A DNA stretch of 39,229 nt from IMG/VR virus record IMGVR_UViG_2537561824_000013; one strand, given 5' to 3'. Source of the DNA: a virus (taxonomy: Duplodnaviria > Heunggongvirae > Uroviricota > Caudoviricetes). This document shows positions 36,788 through 39,229 of this stretch, in pieces. The notes under the pieces were generated by a model. It did not search any database, was not told where the DNA came from, and saw only the letters and a list, made by a program, of their open reading frames with translations. How positions within the stretch are numbered: the first letter of the stretch is position 1; the number at the start of each line of letters is the position of its first letter. The position numbers were made by a program, and so were the translations under genes.

Positions 36788-37084
36788 ATGACACGGAACA
36801 CCATACTCACCCGCACCGCCCTCTACCGTCTGGCCCTGCAGCGTTTCGGGCCGGACGCACAGGCCCTGAAACTGACAGAAGAGGCCGCTGAACTGGCGGC
36901 CAGTGCTGCCCGCAATCTGAACGGACAGGGCAGCGAAAGCGACCTCGCGGCAGAGCTGGCAGACGTGGAAATCATGACAGAGCAATTGCGCCTTCAGGGG
37001 ATGGACCGGCTGATTGACTTCCACAAACAGAAAAAACTGGAACGTCTGGCTGCACGACTGGGCGTGATTTACACGAACGAGTAA
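36788..37084 (+). CDS. Possible MazG-like nucleotide pyrophosphohydrolase-domain protein
   Basis: 98-aa product with paired acidic-helix motifs (LTEEAAELAASA ... LAAELADVEIMTEQL) like small phage MazG proteins; assignment is weak. Confidence 0.4.
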   Translation: MTRNTILTRTALYRLALQRFGPDAQALKLTEEAAELAASAARNLNGQGSESDLAAELADVEIMTEQLRLQGMDRLIDFHKQKKLERLAARLGVIYTNE

Positions 37085-37098
37085 CCGGGAGGCATTCA

Positions 37099-37314
37099 AT
37101 GGCTGACATACTCAGGGAAATCACCGCATGGATACTGATTCTTACTGGCCTGGCGACATGCCTCAGTGCGGGGGCAGCCCTGGCTGCCCTGCTGATGCAC
37201 ATAACAACACAGTGGTTATGGGAAAAGCTTAAAGCAGCATACAGCCTGAAAGAGCTGTCCGACGCTGTCCGGGCATGGAAACGGCAGAAAAATACCGGAG
37301 ATACAGAACAATGA
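37099..37314 (+). CDS. Small membrane protein (71 aa)
   Basis: One clear hydrophobic helix (ITAWILILTGLATCLSAGAALAALLM). Confidence 0.35.
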   Translation: MADILREITAWILILTGLATCLSAGAALAALLMHITTQWLWEKLKAAYSLKELSDAVRAWKRQKNTGDTEQ

Positions 37315-37994
37315 CAGACCAGAATAAACACATTGAGAAACTGAAAAAGTTGCTGGCGCTGGCCGCATCCGGCAACCCGCACGAGGCCGCTCTGGCACTG
37401 TGCCGAGCCCGTAAACTGATGGATGTTCACGGCATCACACATTCCGACATTGCTATGAGTGATATTGATGAAACCATCAGTCACTACTGGCCGACAGGCA
37501 GTCTCCGTCCACCGCGCTACATGCTGGGCCTGATGAACATCATCCGCGAGGTATTTGGTGTTAACTCCATCATTCACCCCGGCACGCATCCGTCTGTGGG
37601 GTTCTACGGCAACCGGGAACGTGCGGCACTGGCTGCATACACCTGGGAAGTGCTGGCCCGTCAGCTGAAAAAGGCGCGTCAGCAGTATATCAGTGCACAG
37701 AACAAAAGAATAAAAACCGCCACCCGCACCAGCCGTGGAGACCAGTTTGCCGAAGGCTGGGTGCTGGCCGTTATCAGTGAAATACAGTCCTTTGCCCTGA
37801 CCGATGATGAGCGTGAACTGATGCAGCAGTGGCTGGAACATAAATACCCGCAGACGCAAACCACCAGGGCGCGTAAACCGGGAAGAAGCCGCAATGGCGA
37901 CGCCTCGCGCTATGCGGGGTTTCGTGAAGGGCAGAACGTCAGACTGCACCGCCCGGTCAGTGGGCAGGAACAACAGAAACTGGAGGCCAGATGA
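37311..37994 (+). CDS. Hypothetical early protein (about 227 aa)
   Basis: ATG at 37311 (product starts MTDQNKHIEKLKKLLALAASGNPHEAA); the track start at 37275 overlaps the preceding ORF. Confidence 0.5.
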   Translation: MTDQNKHIEKLKKLLALAASGNPHEAALALCRARKLMDVHGITHSDIAMSDIDETISHYWPTGSLRPPRYMLGLMNIIREVFGVNSIIHPGTHPSVGFYGNRERAALAAYTWEVLARQLKKARQQYISAQNKRIKTATRTSRGDQFAEGWVLAVISEIQSFALTDDERELMQQWLEHKYPQTQTTRARKPGRSRNGDASRYAGFREGQNVRLHRPVSGQEQQKLEAR

Positions 37995-38221
37995 TTACGC
38001 TATCAGGTAAAAGCCGGAAATTAAAAGCCTGCCGAATATCTGCCAGATACCTTTTTGCCCGCGCCTTTTTTAAGAACGTCAGGCCGGGGATCACAATTGG
38101 TGTTATTGCCGGACGCGAACAGGTTGAAAAATACATGTCAGGTGCATGGTGGAATAACGACCCTGTCATTGCTGCCCGTAATATTCATATCGAATGGGGA
38201 GGTATTCAGAATGACTACTGA
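37991..38221 (+). CDS. Hypothetical early protein (76 aa)
   Basis: ORF with an ATGA-type overlap to the preceding gene. Confidence 0.35.
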   Translation: MITLSGKSRKLKACRISARYLFARAFFKNVRPGITIGVIAGREQVEKYMSGAWWNNDPVIAARNIHIEWGGIQNDY

Positions 38222-38417
38222 AACCATTGTCTGTTTTCTTTTCTGGTATATGTACGCAGGATCATGCAGCGCAAGACTTCATCGTTCCCTGGGCTATGGC
38301 AGGCACTACGACACCGCGCATTACATCCTGTACATGACCGCCGTCATGTTGTTCTGGCCAGTCACCCTGCCAGCTGCAACCGACATTGTTGCCGACAGAC
38401 TGAAAAAAAGGAGATGA
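38211..38417 (+). CDS. Small membrane protein (68 aa)
   Basis: ATG at 38211 with GGGGAGG upstream; two hydrophobic segments. Confidence 0.4.
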   Translation: MTTETIVCFLFWYMYAGSCSARLHRSLGYGRHYDTAHYILYMTAVMLFWPVTLPAATDIVADRLKKRR

Positions 38418-38418
38418 T

Positions 38419-38868
38419 ATGCAGAAAAAACGCCTGATACAGCTTATCCATATTGCCCGTAATGAACTGGGTATGGATGAAGACACCTACCGCCAGATGT
38501 TACAGGGGCTGACCGGTAAAGCCTCAACCAAAGGAATGGATACCACACAACTAAACTGCGTGCTGGAATCCATGAAAAAGAAAGGCTTTCGCGTTAAACC
38601 AGCCAGAAAAGCCAGCTCCGGTTTACCGCTGGATAACCATCCGCAGTCCAGGAAAATTCGTGCGCTATGGCTTGAAATGGCTGCTGCCGGCATTGTTCGT
38701 GACCGTTCAGAAAATGCATTAGCGAGGTGGATCAAGCGGGAAACGGGCATCAGCGCCCTGCGCTGGCTCAGTACTGAACAGGCAAGCAGTGTTATTGAGA
38801 AACTGAAGAAGTGGCAGCGCAGAGCTGCGGGAGTCAAACATGAGCGACCTGAATCAGTTTCGAAGTAA
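38419..38868 (+). CDS. gemA: GemA-like early regulatory protein (Mu gp16 family)
   Basis: 149-aa product starting MQKKRLIQLIHIARNELGMDEDTYRQ, resembling Mu GemA; lies immediately upstream of mor as in Mu. Confidence 0.7.
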   Translation: MQKKRLIQLIHIARNELGMDEDTYRQMLQGLTGKASTKGMDTTQLNCVLESMKKKGFRVKPARKASSGLPLDNHPQSRKIRALWLEMAAAGIVRDRSENALARWIKRETGISALRWLSTEQASSVIEKLKKWQRRAAGVKHERPESVSK

Positions 38869-39229
38869 GGGGCCGGAACTCCTGGTGGAACTGGCACAGC
38901 ATCCCTCTGAGACCGTTCGCGAGATTATTGATATTGAGCCCGAAGTTGCCGACCAGATTGGTCAGGCCGTCGCGAACCGAATGATGCAGGTCTGGGGCGG
39001 GCAAAACGTTTATTTCCCGATGGGCATGGTATGGAAGGTCAGTCAGCGCGACCGGGAAATCTTCAGGGAGTTTAACGGACGCAACCACCACGAACTGGCC
39101 CGCAAATTTGGTGTTTCGCTTCAGTGGGTCTACAGCGTGGTTAAGCGGGTAAGAAAAGAAGAACTGGATCGGATGCAGGGCAAGCTATTTGCTGATGAAC
39201 CCGATGCAGATACGGAGAAAAAAGAGTAA
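38840..39229 (+). CDS. mor: Mor-like middle transcription activator
   Basis: 129-aa product, the same length as Mu Mor, with a C-terminal HTH (HHELARKFGVSLQWVYSVVKRVR); the stop codon is the last three bases of the window. Confidence 0.8.
   Translation: MSDLNQFRSKGPELLVELAQHPSETVREIIDIEPEVADQIGQAVANRMMQVWGGQNVYFPMGMVWKVSQRDREIFREFNGRNHHELARKFGVSLQWVYSVVKRVRKEELDRMQGKLFADEPDADTEKKE

Larger units (their letters stand above)
2609..39229 (-). mobile_element. Mu-like transposable prophage (partial; extends beyond the right window edge) with divergent early and late arms
   Basis: Contiguous Mu-type head genes, P2/Mu-type tail genes, Gin invertase with invertible fiber cassettes, DDE transposase plus AAA+ B-like ATPase, Gam, GemA and Mor; the host gene is interrupted at 2608/2609. 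Confidence 0.85.

Noticed and set aside
37275-37994. 239-aa ORF start at 37275 for the early hypothetical protein
   Set aside because: It overlaps the preceding small ORF; an in-frame ATG at 37311 is the more likely start
38055-38417. 120-aa ORF starting at 38055
   Set aside because: It overlaps the preceding ORF in another frame for about 160 nt; an internal ATG at 38211 with GGGGAGG upstream gives a 68-aa membrane protein instead
1-39229. tRNA, rRNA or other structured RNA genes
   Set aside because: No cloverleaf-like or rRNA-like segments were noticed by eye; this is a weak negative and tRNAscan or Infernal should be run

Overview
Read by eye from the sequence and the supplied ORF track; no database search was possible, so every family assignment is from motif recognition and memory. 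The window holds a short stretch of enterobacterial-type chromosome (AT-rich segment, an ISAs1/H-repeat-type transposase, and the 3' remnant of a nitrilase-family gene that looks like yafV) followed from position 2609 by a large Mu-like transposable prophage that runs off the right edge. The prophage end abuts the yafV remnant and begins 5'-TG with repeated GCGATAAATG motifs. From left to right it carries: a Gin-type serine invertase; an invertible tail-fiber region with three alternative fiber C-terminal cassettes sharing ~220-bp repeats; a P2/Mu-type myovirus tail and baseplate module; a Mu-type head module (major head T, protease I, G, F, portal, large terminase); a lysis cassette with an SLT endolysin and an embedded spanin pair; a central accessory island (P-loop protein, two small ORFs with overlapping divergent start codons, a Dam-class adenine methyltransferase); an XRE-type repressor with a perfect 18-bp palindromic operator; and a rightward early operon (DDE transposase, AAA+ B-like ATPase, Gam, GemA, Mor, plus about ten small unknown genes). 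Late genes are on the minus strand and early genes on the plus strand, diverging from the central region, which is not the colinear Mu layout. The tail fibre gene carries a 1-bp deletion inside a 168-bp tandem coding repeat. The best candidates for something undescribed are the central accessory island (27.7-30.1 kb) and the small-gene cluster in the early operon (35.4-38.4 kb); I cannot assign either a function from sequence alone. No rRNA, tRNA or CRISPR array was seen.
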